From Campylobacterales bacterium (GTDB lineage: Bacteria; Campylobacterota; Campylobacteria; Campylobacterales; Arcobacteraceae), in the NCBI GenBank assembly GCA_038248665.1, contig JBBRXF010000001.1, positions 91,083 through 155,082 on the forward strand: 64,000 nt of DNA, written 5' to 3'. Below the pieces are notes generated by a model that saw nothing but the letters and a program-made list of their open reading frames with translations, was not told where the DNA came from and did no database searches. Position 1 is the first letter of the stretch. The number at the start of each line of letters is the position of its first letter. This document shows, in pieces, positions 1 through 7,490 of the stretch. A program made the translations under genes and the position numbers.

Positions 1-39
1 TTGGAATCAAATAAAACAACAAGTTTTATCTTAAAATGA
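1..39 (+). CDS. 3' end of an upstream ORF cut by the window edge (probable antitoxin partner of the next gene)
   Basis: Frame 1 is open from base 1 (...LESNKTTSFILK*). Its TGA (37-39) overlaps the ATG of the next gene (36-38) as ATGA, a coupling typical of type II TA pairs. Only 12 codons are visible, so no family can be assigned. Confidence 0.3.
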   Translation: MESNKTTSFILK

Positions 40-332
40 AACCCTTATCTTTTCACCCTGAAATTGCGATAGATATTAAAGGCTCATATAATTGGTATGA
101 AAAGCAACTTGAAGGATTAGGAAAAGAGTTTTTATATGAATTAGAAAATGGTTTTGAAGCTATTCAAAACTTTCCAAATGCATGGGCTAATTATCAATAT
201 GATTTTAAAAGATATGTCCTAAATAAATTCCCTTTTTCCATAATATACAAAGAAACTAACGAAGAAATATTTATAATTGTAGTTATGCATAACAGTAGAA
301 AACCAAATTATTGGGCTGATAGAATAATTTAA
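36..332 (+). CDS. RelE/ParE-family type II toxin (plasmid-stabilisation-like)
   Basis: 98 aa. The N-terminus (ISF.PEA..DI...Y.WY) and the C-terminal IFIIVVMHNSRKPNYW match the ParE/RelE pattern (I..I..ilH..r.p..w). ATGA overlap with the upstream ORF. Confidence 0.7.
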   Translation: MKPLSFHPEIAIDIKGSYNWYEKQLEGLGKEFLYELENGFEAIQNFPNAWANYQYDFKRYVLNKFPFSIIYKETNEEIFIIVVMHNSRKPNYWADRII

Positions 333-353
333 ATAGAAGATTAGAAAAAGGTG

Positions 354-422
354 CTAGTTTAAATAAAACTCTTTTGCATCTTCAATTTCTAAGAATGCAA
401 GTTGAGATATTTTTAAAGTCAT
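354..422 (-). pseudogene. 5' fragment (22 codons) of a second ParE/RelE-like toxin gene
   Basis: Minus-strand ATG at 422-420 reads MTLKISQLAFLEIEDAKEFYLN then TAG (356-354). This resembles the N-terminus of ParE-like toxins, including the one at 36-332. The ATG overlaps the preceding TAA by 1 nt (TAATG). The remaining ~75 codons are missing. Confidence 0.4.
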
Positions 423-591
423 TAATTGAATACTTCTTCAAAAGATAAAGTTTTTAGATTTCCATTTTTATACTCATCTAATCTTTTTTGAGATTCTTCA
501 ATCCAAATTTTTTCAATATCTTTATCTGGTTCATTTAAACTTAAAATTAAATTCTCAATTATTAAATATTTTTCTTTGATAGGGTATTCAT
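422..591 (-). pseudogene. Addiction-module antitoxin-like ORF (Unstab_antitox-type) with a disrupted 5' end
   Basis: The stop-to-stop frame reads EYPIKEKYLIIENLILSLNEPDKDIEKIWIEESQKRLDEYKNGNLKTLSFEEVFN*, matching the pattern L..Ek..Li..L..SL......e..W..E...Rl.ey..G......eEv. There is no ATG/GTG/TTG in this frame. An ATG at 591-589 (MNTLSKKNI*) sits in another frame directly after the helicase stop, which fits a 1-nt frameshift within the first ~6 codons. Confidence 0.45.
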
Positions 592-2394
592 TTAATTATT
601 AGACCATGATAGACCAAATTCATTATATTTTGGCACTCTATTGAAAACTATTATATTTTCTCTTGTTCTAGTTAGTGCAATATACATAAGATAATCAATA
701 TTTGGATAGTCTTCCCTATCTGGTGTGACTAATATTATATTTTGAAGTTCCCATCCTTTAAAACTATGTATAGTACTCATTTTAAGTCTGCTATCTCCCA
801 TCCAAAAAGAATATTTGTTTTTTTTATCACCTCTTTCTTGTTCAAAAACATCATTTACTTTTATACTTTTATCTTCAAAATATTTCTTTACTTGTAAACC
901 ATCTTTATGGGTTGGAAGTAAAATAACTATATCAGATGGACTAATATTTTGTTTTCTTGTTAACCATTCAAAAGCTTTTAATAATTTTTCTAAAGGTAGA
1001 GTAGAATCTATATTCCTCCATACAAAGTGTGGTTCAAATAATCCACTTTGAATTGGTTCAGGGATTAATCCAACATCAGGTAAAAATTTTTCTGCAAATT
1101 TATTTGCTTGTTTTAATATAATAAAAGGCAATCTATAACTTTGTTTTAATTCTCTCCATCTACCTCTAAATTTTGTTCCTTGCATATTTTCTAACCATGA
1201 TAATTCTCTTGAATATATATTTTGTTTTTCATCTGCAACCAAAAATATTTCATCATTTTCAGTTAAAAACATACACAACATCTCATAATATTTTTTTGAA
1301 TAATCCTGTCCTTCATCAATCAATATTGCATCATAATATCTTTCTTTCTTGTTTCTCTTATTTCTCATTGATTCCATAATTAATTCAGGGATTTTATTAT
1401 CAAGATAATCACTTGATTCAATATTCTCTGAATCTGGAAATGTTATATCATTTTCGTATAAATAGTTTCTACAAAAACCATGAAAATGATTAAATTCAAA
1501 TTGTTCCCAATTAAAATCATATCTAGCTCTAGAAATATTATCTCTAATATGATGCCATAGAGTAATATTATATGTTACAACTAAAATCTTTTTTCCTATA
1601 GAAGCTAAATTAGCTGCTCTTTGTGCTATAACTAAAGTTTTACCACTTCCAGCAGCTCCTCTTAATCTTTGATGTTGTTTTTCAGATGGAATTATATGCC
1701 TTTTTTGTTCATCAGATAACACTATTGGTTGTCCTTGTTCAATCGAATGTAAAGGTGGTTTTAACCAAAATCTTATTTCATTAGCCCAATAATTGTTCAT
1801 TGTATAACTTCTAGTAACATTTATATCAGGACAAATCTCATTAAGATAATTTTCATTTAATTTATCATTCCCAAATATTAAGCAATATTTTTCTTTAAAA
1901 TTTGGAATAAATTCTTGTGCTTTAGCAGTTGATGATTTATGAAAGTAAATTCCAATTTTCAATGAAGCTAATCTTTTCTGATTTTCATCAATTAAAGTTG
2001 CTAATTGAGGTAAATATAGCAAAAGATTTTTTCTATATCTTTCAATTTGGTTTATTGGATTAGGAATTTTTTGCCAATCTCTTTGAGATACTAACACAGA
2101 AGATTGATAATAAATGATATTTTTATTTTGTTTTTTATCAAAAAATTTCTTTTCTTCACTTTTATAAATATCTAAATTCCAGTCTTTTATTTCATAAATA
2201 ACTAACCCAACATTGGGATTTAATAAAACAATATCTGGTCTGTCTCCATTAAAATAAGGTTGCAAATAGATTTCCCATTCTATAGGTAAATGAGTATCAA
2301 AAAATTTTGCTAATGTGTATTCTCCATCAGTTAATTGTGTTTTTAATTTATTAATTTCTTCCCAATTAGGGAATATTCTATTTTTAACTATCAT
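592..2394 (-). CDS. PD-(D/E)xK (NERD-like) nuclease fused to a UvrD/Rep-type SF1 helicase
   Basis: 600 aa. The N-terminal GDRPDIVLL...GLVIYEIKDW gives a PD...ExK nuclease motif. Helicase motifs are Walker A GAAGSGKT, motif II ILIDEGQDY, and C-terminal TIHSFKGWE and YIALTRTRENI (SF1 motifs V/VI). Confidence 0.8.
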   Translation of the reverse strand: MIVKNRIFPNWEEINKLKTQLTDGEYTLAKFFDTHLPIEWEIYLQPYFNGDRPDIVLLNPNVGLVIYEIKDWNLDIYKSEEKKFFDKKQNKNIIYYQSSVLVSQRDWQKIPNPINQIERYRKNLLLYLPQLATLIDENQKRLASLKIGIYFHKSSTAKAQEFIPNFKEKYCLIFGNDKLNENYLNEICPDINVTRSYTMNNYWANEIRFWLKPPLHSIEQGQPIVLSDEQKRHIIPSEKQHQRLRGAAGSGKTLVIAQRAANLASIGKKILVVTYNITLWHHIRDNISRARYDFNWEQFEFNHFHGFCRNYLYENDITFPDSENIESSDYLDNKIPELIMESMRNKRNKKERYYDAILIDEGQDYSKKYYEMLCMFLTENDEIFLVADEKQNIYSRELSWLENMQGTKFRGRWRELKQSYRLPFIILKQANKFAEKFLPDVGLIPEPIQSGLFEPHFVWRNIDSTLPLEKLLKAFEWLTRKQNISPSDIVILLPTHKDGLQVKKYFEDKSIKVNDVFEQERGDKKNKYSFWMGDSRLKMSTIHSFKGWELQNIILVTPDREDYPNIDYLMYIALTRTRENIIVFNRVPKYNEFGLSWSNN

Positions 2395-2579
2395 TATTTG
2401 TTAACTTCTTTTTTTACTTATTTAGTAATCATAATATTTATAATTATACTATTAAAATGACTCTCAAGTGATGCAATTTTTATTTATTTAGTTTTATATC
2501 TATTCTCAAGCCAAAAAAACTATGAAATAAAAGATTCATATTCTAATATTTCCCAAATTCTTTTCCCCAACCCTCACTT

Positions 2580-2596
2580 CGGAACACTATTTGCAT
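2580..2596 (+). promoter_or_regulatory. Sigma-54 (-24/-12)-like promoter upstream of nifV
   Basis: cGGAACactatTTGCAt has GG (2581-2582) and GC (2593-2594) at the canonical spacing of TGGCAC-N5-TTGCA, about 33 nt upstream of the nifV ATG. No TGT-N10-ACA NifA-type UAS was seen in 2395-2580. Confidence 0.4.
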
Positions 2597-2628
2597 AAAT
2601 ATTTATATCGAAATTAAAGGTTAGTATA

Positions 2629-3741
2629 ATGCCAATTATTAATGATACAACTTTAAGAGATGGTGAACAAACGCCATACGTAGCTTTTAACACTAAAGAA
2701 AAACTTCAAATAGCAAGGCTTTTATATGAAGCTGGTGCAGATGAGCTTGAAGTGGGAATTCCTGCAATGGGAAAAAAAGAGCAAGATGATTTAAAAGAGA
2801 TTCTTGCCCTTAATTTACCTATTCCAATAATGAGCTGGAATAGAGCTACGATGAGTGATTTAGAAGCATCATTAAAGTGTGGATTAAAAGCAGTTGACTT
2901 ATCTATACCTGTTTCAGATATTTTGATTGACATTAAATTTGGTGGAGATAAAACAAGATTACTAAAACAACTTGAAGAGGTAATTTTACAAGCCAAAAAA
3001 GAAAATTTATTTGTTTGTATCGGTGGAGAAGATTCAAGTCGCGCGAACAACTCTTTTTTAAAAGAGATTATGACATTGGGGAAAGAACTTGGTGCAAATA
3101 GATTTAGATATTGTGATACGGTTGGCATTTTAACACCTCATAAAACTTATGAAAATATCAAAGATTTAAGTTCTTCAAATCTTTTAGATATAGAAATGCA
3201 CACTCACAATGATTTTGGAATGGCAACGGCAAATGCGATTGCTGGTTATGAAGCTGGTGCTATGAGTGCTAACACTACAGTTATTGGTATTGGTGAGAGA
3301 GCTGGAAATGCTAGTTTTGAACAAGTATTAATGTCTTTGAGACTGTTAGGAAAAGATGTTCATATAAATTCAAAAGTATTAAAAGCTCTTATCAAAACTG
3401 TAAGTAGCGCTTCACACAGAAGAATAGATACAAATTTACCAATTATTGGTAAAAACATATTTTCACATGAGTCTGGTATTCATGTAAATGGTATGATGAA
3501 ATCAAATCAGGCTTATGAGCCTTTTACTCCAGATGAAGTTGGTTTAAAACGAACTTTTCCAATTGGAAAACACTCAGGTAGCTCAACATTGGTTTATCAT
3601 TTGAAAGCTGTTGGAATTAATCCAAATCTAGAAATTGTGCAAAAACTTCTTCCAAAGGTACGAGAAATCGTTACGAATAGAAAAAAAGTTTTAAGTGCAA
3701 ACGAATTAAAAGAGTTATACCTATGTTCATTGGATATCTAA
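2629..3741 (+). CDS. nifV: Homocitrate synthase (NifV-type)
   Basis: 370 aa. The N-terminal IINDTTLRDGEQ...ELEVGIPAMG and the HTHNDFGMATAN motif mark the HMGL-like/homocitrate synthase family. The size fits NifV rather than LeuA. It sits in an operon with nifQ. Confidence 0.75.
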   Translation: MPIINDTTLRDGEQTPYVAFNTKEKLQIARLLYEAGADELEVGIPAMGKKEQDDLKEILALNLPIPIMSWNRATMSDLEASLKCGLKAVDLSIPVSDILIDIKFGGDKTRLLKQLEEVILQAKKENLFVCIGGEDSSRANNSFLKEIMTLGKELGANRFRYCDTVGILTPHKTYENIKDLSSSNLLDIEMHTHNDFGMATANAIAGYEAGAMSANTTVIGIGERAGNASFEQVLMSLRLLGKDVHINSKVLKALIKTVSSASHRRIDTNLPIIGKNIFSHESGIHVNGMMKSNQAYEPFTPDEVGLKRTFPIGKHSGSSTLVYHLKAVGINPNLEIVQKLLPKVREIVTNRKKVLSANELKELYLCSLDI

Positions 3742-4529
3742 AAAACGGTTTTGAAGATTGCTTAGAGGATTTAACAAATAAAAATCCTTTATTTGATTTA
3801 GAACTATTAAAACAAACATACAATGCTTATCCTCAACACTGTTATGCTGCTTATGAAGAGTCAAAAATAGTTGGTATTTTAAGCGCTTACTCTTTTGAAA
3901 AATATTTGTACATAAATGTATTAGAAGTAATTGCTGAATATGAAGATGTTTTAAAAAGGTTGATTTCTTTGTTAATAAGAAATTTCCCAGAAGAAAATAT
4001 TTTAATTTTAATAGATAAAAACAAAAGCCAAGAATTAGAGAGTTTAGGATTCAAAACATATAGTGATTTTTTAAGATTTATGCATTCAGGTGAAGCTGTT
4101 GCTTTTAATTTCTCAAATTCTACTGCAAAACAAGTTAGTGGTGAACATTATGATGAAGTTGCAAGAAGAGTAGATAGAAAAGTATTTAATTTATGTAGAG
4201 AAGATTACATTAAATCAGATTGTATATTTACAAACTCTTTGAAACTTTCAACAGGATATGGATATTTACACTCTTATGTTGTAAATAAAAGATTTATAAA
4301 AATATCTCCTTGGATTATGGATAATGAGGCTTTTTTAGATGCAGAGAAGCTTTTACGAGGGGTTTTATATTATAGGGGTTTAAAAAAGATTTATGGTTAT
4401 GCTCCAAAAAATATAAAAGAGATAGTGGACTTATATCAAAGTTATAAGTTTGAAATCAATGGGGATTTCAAACTTATGTATTTGAGGGATAAACCAAACA
4501 TCATACTAGATAATTTATACGCAATTTAA
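3723..4529 (+). CDS. Hypothetical protein, possibly GNAT-like acetyltransferase fold
   Basis: 268-aa ORF overlapping the nifV 3' end by 19 nt, so probably translationally coupled. I recognise no clear catalytic motif. The acetyltransferase idea is only a weak pattern impression, by analogy to the acetyltransferase gene that follows nifV in other diazotrophs. Confidence 0.4.
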   Translation: MFIGYLKNGFEDCLEDLTNKNPLFDLELLKQTYNAYPQHCYAAYEESKIVGILSAYSFEKYLYINVLEVIAEYEDVLKRLISLLIRNFPEENILILIDKNKSQELESLGFKTYSDFLRFMHSGEAVAFNFSNSTAKQVSGEHYDEVARRVDRKVFNLCREDYIKSDCIFTNSLKLSTGYGYLHSYVVNKRFIKISPWIMDNEAFLDAEKLLRGVLYYRGLKKIYGYAPKNIKEIVDLYQSYKFEINGDFKLMYLRDKPNIILDNLYAI

Positions 4530-4538
4530 GGAGTAATT

Positions 4539-4745
4539 ATGGAATTAACACATGAGCAAAAAGAGTTAAAAAAAGAGTTGGCTAAATATAAAAGAAAAGT
4601 TGTAGAGTTAGCAGGTGAAGTTCATGACATCGTTGAAGATACTATCTGGACAGATTATGTAAGATTACCACAATTAAGCGAAGATATTAAAAATGCAATG
4701 AATATAGTTAATGAGTTTCAAGAACAACATCCATACCTAAAGTAG
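4539..4745 (+). CDS. Small nif-cluster protein, DUF683/CCE_0567-like
   Basis: 68 aa and predicted helical. The EVHDIVED...W segment resembles the conserved (D/E)LHDLAEE motif of nif-associated DUF683 proteins (from memory). GGAG RBS 9 nt upstream. Confidence 0.45.
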   Translation: MELTHEQKELKKELAKYKRKVVELAGEVHDIVEDTIWTDYVRLPQLSEDIKNAMNIVNEFQEQHPYLK

Positions 4746-4751
4746 TTATAA

Positions 4752-5000
4752 ATGGAAAATCTAAAAGAGAAACAAATTTGCGAATGTGGAGAGATGAGTA
4801 TTATTCAAGCCCAAAAAATATTTGAAGATACTGATTTGCCATATAAAAAAGCAAAAAAACTTGTTACTGGCTGTAGTAAAACTTGTTGTAGAAGACCTCT
4901 CATGGCTCTATTTAACATGGTAGAGTTCGGTGAAGTTGACTATGAAGAAATCGCATTTTTAATCGATGCGAAAAACGATAGATTAAAGGATGACGAATGA
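4752..5000 (+). CDS. BFD-like [2Fe-2S]-binding protein
   Basis: 82 aa with CxC (ICEC) near the N-terminus and GCSKTCC about 30 residues later. This is the Cys spacing of Bfd-like [2Fe-2S] domains. Confidence 0.6.
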   Translation: MENLKEKQICECGEMSIIQAQKIFEDTDLPYKKAKKLVTGCSKTCCRRPLMALFNMVEFGEVDYEEIAFLIDAKNDRLKDDE

Positions 5001-5992
5001 GTTACGATATCGAACATTTTGTAAAATGGATAAGAGCTAACGATTTAACACCTATAATGTCAGTTGTGGAAGATGATTTAGAATTATTAACACACCTAGA
5101 TTTATCAAAAAGAAATTTAAAAGATTTACCTGAATCAATTGGAGTTTTAAGAAATTTAAGTGTTTTAAAACTATCAAATAACAAACTTAGAAAATTACCA
5201 AAAGCAATAGGTGAACTAAAAAATCTAAGAAATCTTCAATGTGAAAATAATTTAATAGAAGAGTTACCAACAGAAATAGGAAATCTAGCAAATCTTATGA
5301 TATTAAATCTTAATGTAAATAGATTAAAAGCACTACCAAAAGGTTTTTATGATTTAAAATCGCTAACTAGACTTACCCTTGCTGCAAATAGAATTGAGAG
5401 TTTAGATGAAGATTTTAAAAAGTTATCAAAACTTTTGTATCTTTCATTAGAGACAAATGAGTTAGAAGATATTCCTGATATTTTTGAGAATATGCAACAG
5501 TTATATTATTTAGATTTATCATTTAATCATTTAACTTTTTTACCATCCTCTTTATCAAAAATAAAAGAGTTAGAGACACTTATTTTAGAGGGAAATAGTT
5601 TAAAAGAGTTACCATCTTTAGAATCTCACGATATGCTTTTAAAACTCGATTTAAGTGGGAATGCTTTGAAATCATTAGATTTTGATGTTAGTAAACTAGA
5701 AGATTTAAAAATATTGATTTTGGATAATAATTTATTAACAAAACTGCCAAAAGAGATTTGTGAATTAAAAAAATTAACTACTCTTTCAGTGAGTGGAAAT
5801 AAATTAGAATCTCTACCAGAATTAATTGGTAATTTAACAAATCTTCAAGAGTTGGATGTTGAAGATAATAAGTTAGAATCACTACCAAGTTCTATAAATA
5901 ATTTAGAGAGTCTGAAAAGTCTTTTTATTGATAATAATAAAGGCTTAACAAAACCACAGTCGCTTGAACTTGATTTTTGCGACGTAAAATAG
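4997..5992 (+). CDS. Leucine-rich repeat protein (about 12-13 canonical 23-residue LRRs), cytoplasmic
   Basis: 331 aa. Repeated LxxLxLxxNxLxxLPxxIGxLxxL units run through almost the whole protein. No signal peptide. ATGA start/stop overlap with the Bfd-like gene. Confidence 0.9.
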   Translation: MSYDIEHFVKWIRANDLTPIMSVVEDDLELLTHLDLSKRNLKDLPESIGVLRNLSVLKLSNNKLRKLPKAIGELKNLRNLQCENNLIEELPTEIGNLANLMILNLNVNRLKALPKGFYDLKSLTRLTLAANRIESLDEDFKKLSKLLYLSLETNELEDIPDIFENMQQLYYLDLSFNHLTFLPSSLSKIKELETLILEGNSLKELPSLESHDMLLKLDLSGNALKSLDFDVSKLEDLKILILDNNLLTKLPKEICELKKLTTLSVSGNKLESLPELIGNLTNLQELDVEDNKLESLPSSINNLESLKSLFIDNNKGLTKPQSLELDFCDVK

Positions 5993-6001
5993 GAGTAATC
6001 C

Positions 6002-6328
6002 ATGAGTAGTTTAGTAAATTTAGCAATGGAAAGTGAGATATTAGTACTTCTTCAAAGTCATGCAAATGATGAATATGCAAAAAATGAACTAGCTCCATGG
6101 ATTGCAAAAACTTCATTACAAATGGGACATTTGTATTCAGATTTAGGTTTAGAAAGTAGAGAAGAGATGGGGAAATTTATGAGCAAAAATTTCACCTCTC
6201 TAGCAAAATTAAAACCTCAAGATAAAAGATGGAAAAAGTATTTGTATGATTGTATTGGTAAAACAGCACCTGCTTGTGCTGCTTGTGATGATATTAGCAA
6301 TTGTTTTAATTGCTCTTTAAATCAATAA
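6002..6328 (+). CDS. nifQ: NifQ (Mo donor for FeMo-cofactor synthesis)
   Basis: 108 aa. It has RWKKYLY followed by the C-terminal Cys cluster CAACDDISNCFNC, characteristic of the NifQ family. Confidence 0.7.
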   Translation: MSSLVNLAMESEILVLLQSHANDEYAKNELAPWIAKTSLQMGHLYSDLGLESREEMGKFMSKNFTSLAKLKPQDKRWKKYLYDCIGKTAPACAACDDISNCFNCSLNQ

Positions 6329-6341
6329 AAGGAGGTTAATC

Positions 6342-6452
6342 ATGAATAGTACTAAATTAAAAGAGAGAAATGTTGATAAAAAAGATTTAGCTATCTTAGT
6401 CTCTTTTGAAGTGGCAATTGTTGCGGTATCTCTTTTTTTTACAATGAATTAA
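6342..6452 (+). CDS. Possible 36-aa single-pass membrane peptide
   Basis: A strong AGGAGG lies 6 nt upstream of the ATG. It reads MNSTKLKERNVDKKDLAILVSFEVAIVAVSLFFTMN*, with a charged N-terminus and a hydrophobic C-terminus. It is too short for the ORF track. Confidence 0.35.
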   Translation: MNSTKLKERNVDKKDLAILVSFEVAIVAVSLFFTMN

Positions 6453-6468
6453 TTCAAAAATTCATTGT
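6441..6468. terminator. Bidirectional hairpin between convergent genes
   Basis: ACAATGAATT (6441-6450) pairs with AATTCATTGT (6459-6468) across an 8-nt loop. A T-run precedes it (6433-6440). Confidence 0.5.
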
Positions 6469-7345
6469 AAAGATCCCTATTTTTAGAAAAGATTTTATAA
6501 GTTACATCTTTGTATGTAAACTCCAAATAGTTCGCATGAAGCCATAATCTATTCGATTTTGTCACAACAAATCTATCTTCTTCACTAAGTGTTTTATTTA
6601 GGTAGTTTTCTGCATTTTCATCGTCAATACCATAAATTGGATCACCCAAAATTGTATGACCTTCAGAGTATAAATGAACTCTAATTTGATGTTGTCTCCC
6701 TGTTAATGGCAAAGCTTCTACTAGTGTTAAGTTTTTTTCTTTATTGTATTTAATAGGTTTTATAATCGTAACTGACTCTTTCCCATCATCACATACTTTC
6801 ATTCTAACACCAATAACAAGGCCTTCTCTATCTAAACCTTTATCTATTCTAATCTCTTCTTTTATTTCACCTTGTGCAATTGCAAGATAAGATTTGTGAT
6901 ATTTTTTCTCTTGAAACATCTCTTTTAGGGCTATTTCGCTTTTTTTGTTTTTCCCAACGATAATTAGTCCTGAAGTTTCAGCATCAATTCTATGGATTAA
7001 ATTTGCATCTTCTCCAAAATGGTATCTAATTTCATCAAGTAAAGAGTACGGAGTATTTTTTGAAATTGGATGAACCATTAAGTTTGTTGGTTTATCAAAT
7101 ATTGCAAAATCATTAAACTCAAGTAATGGCTTTAAACCACGTGTCATGCCCTCAAAAACAGCAATGTATATATAATCTGTTGGGATTGTTTCCCCTGTAT
7201 TTATGGTGTTCATATTCTCATCAAAAATTCTTCCCTTTGATGTTAGTCTTTGCCCTATTTTGGGGTCTAATCCTAACTCATGTATGAGAAATATTTGTAT
7301 TTTTTTGCCTTTGATGGCTTTGTGTTTTTTGAGTGTAAACGGCAA
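6449..7345 (-). CDS. RluA-family pseudouridine synthase
   Basis: The HRIDAETSGLIIV catalytic-Asp motif and GRQHQIRVHL are typical of RluA/RluC/RluD enzymes. Confidence 0.85.
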   Translation of the reverse strand: MPFTLKKHKAIKGKKIQIFLIHELGLDPKIGQRLTSKGRIFDENMNTINTGETIPTDYIYIAVFEGMTRGLKPLLEFNDFAIFDKPTNLMVHPISKNTPYSLLDEIRYHFGEDANLIHRIDAETSGLIIVGKNKKSEIALKEMFQEKKYHKSYLAIAQGEIKEEIRIDKGLDREGLVIGVRMKVCDDGKESVTIIKPIKYNKEKNLTLVEALPLTGRQHQIRVHLYSEGHTILGDPIYGIDDENAENYLNKTLSEEDRFVVTKSNRLWLHANYLEFTYKDVTYKIFSKNRDLYNEFLN

Positions 7346-7490
7346 ATTTTTATCCTATACTTTTTAGAAATCTATTCTTTTTTGACAGATTTTTTATTTT
7401 AGATTTTGTCTTTTTAGATACAATATCATACTTAAATAAATAACAATTTTTAATAAAAATTCATAAAATTATGATTACAAGGGACATTAT

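Noticed and set aside
815-1379. ORFs 815-1051 and 1173-1379 (+) inside the helicase gene
   Set aside because: They lie antisense to a motif-rich 600-aa CDS. Their translations are low-complexity (Phe/Leu/Ile/Ser-rich), as expected from the reverse frame of AT-rich coding DNA.
2395-2580. NifA-type upstream activator sequence (TGT-N10-ACA) ahead of the sigma-54-like promoter
   Set aside because: I scanned the region by eye. The only TGT (about position 2397) is not followed by ACA at the right spacing, so I make no UAS claim.
2706-3128. 140-aa ORF antisense to nifV, and similar antisense or out-of-frame ORFs elsewhere in the track
   Set aside because: The similar ORFs start at 5002, 5925, 8101, 10224, 14683, 15708, 19083, 19674, 23493, 26064, 26563, 26649, 28637, 28956, 29892, 31196, 32530, 33093, 36684, 38182, 40935, 41462, 44031, 45712, 46692, 49536, 50309, 52959, 53166, 56175, 59789, 60293, 61349 and 63170. 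Each lies wholly or largely inside a confidently identified gene on the other strand or frame, and none has a recognisable motif. I treat them as shadow ORFs.
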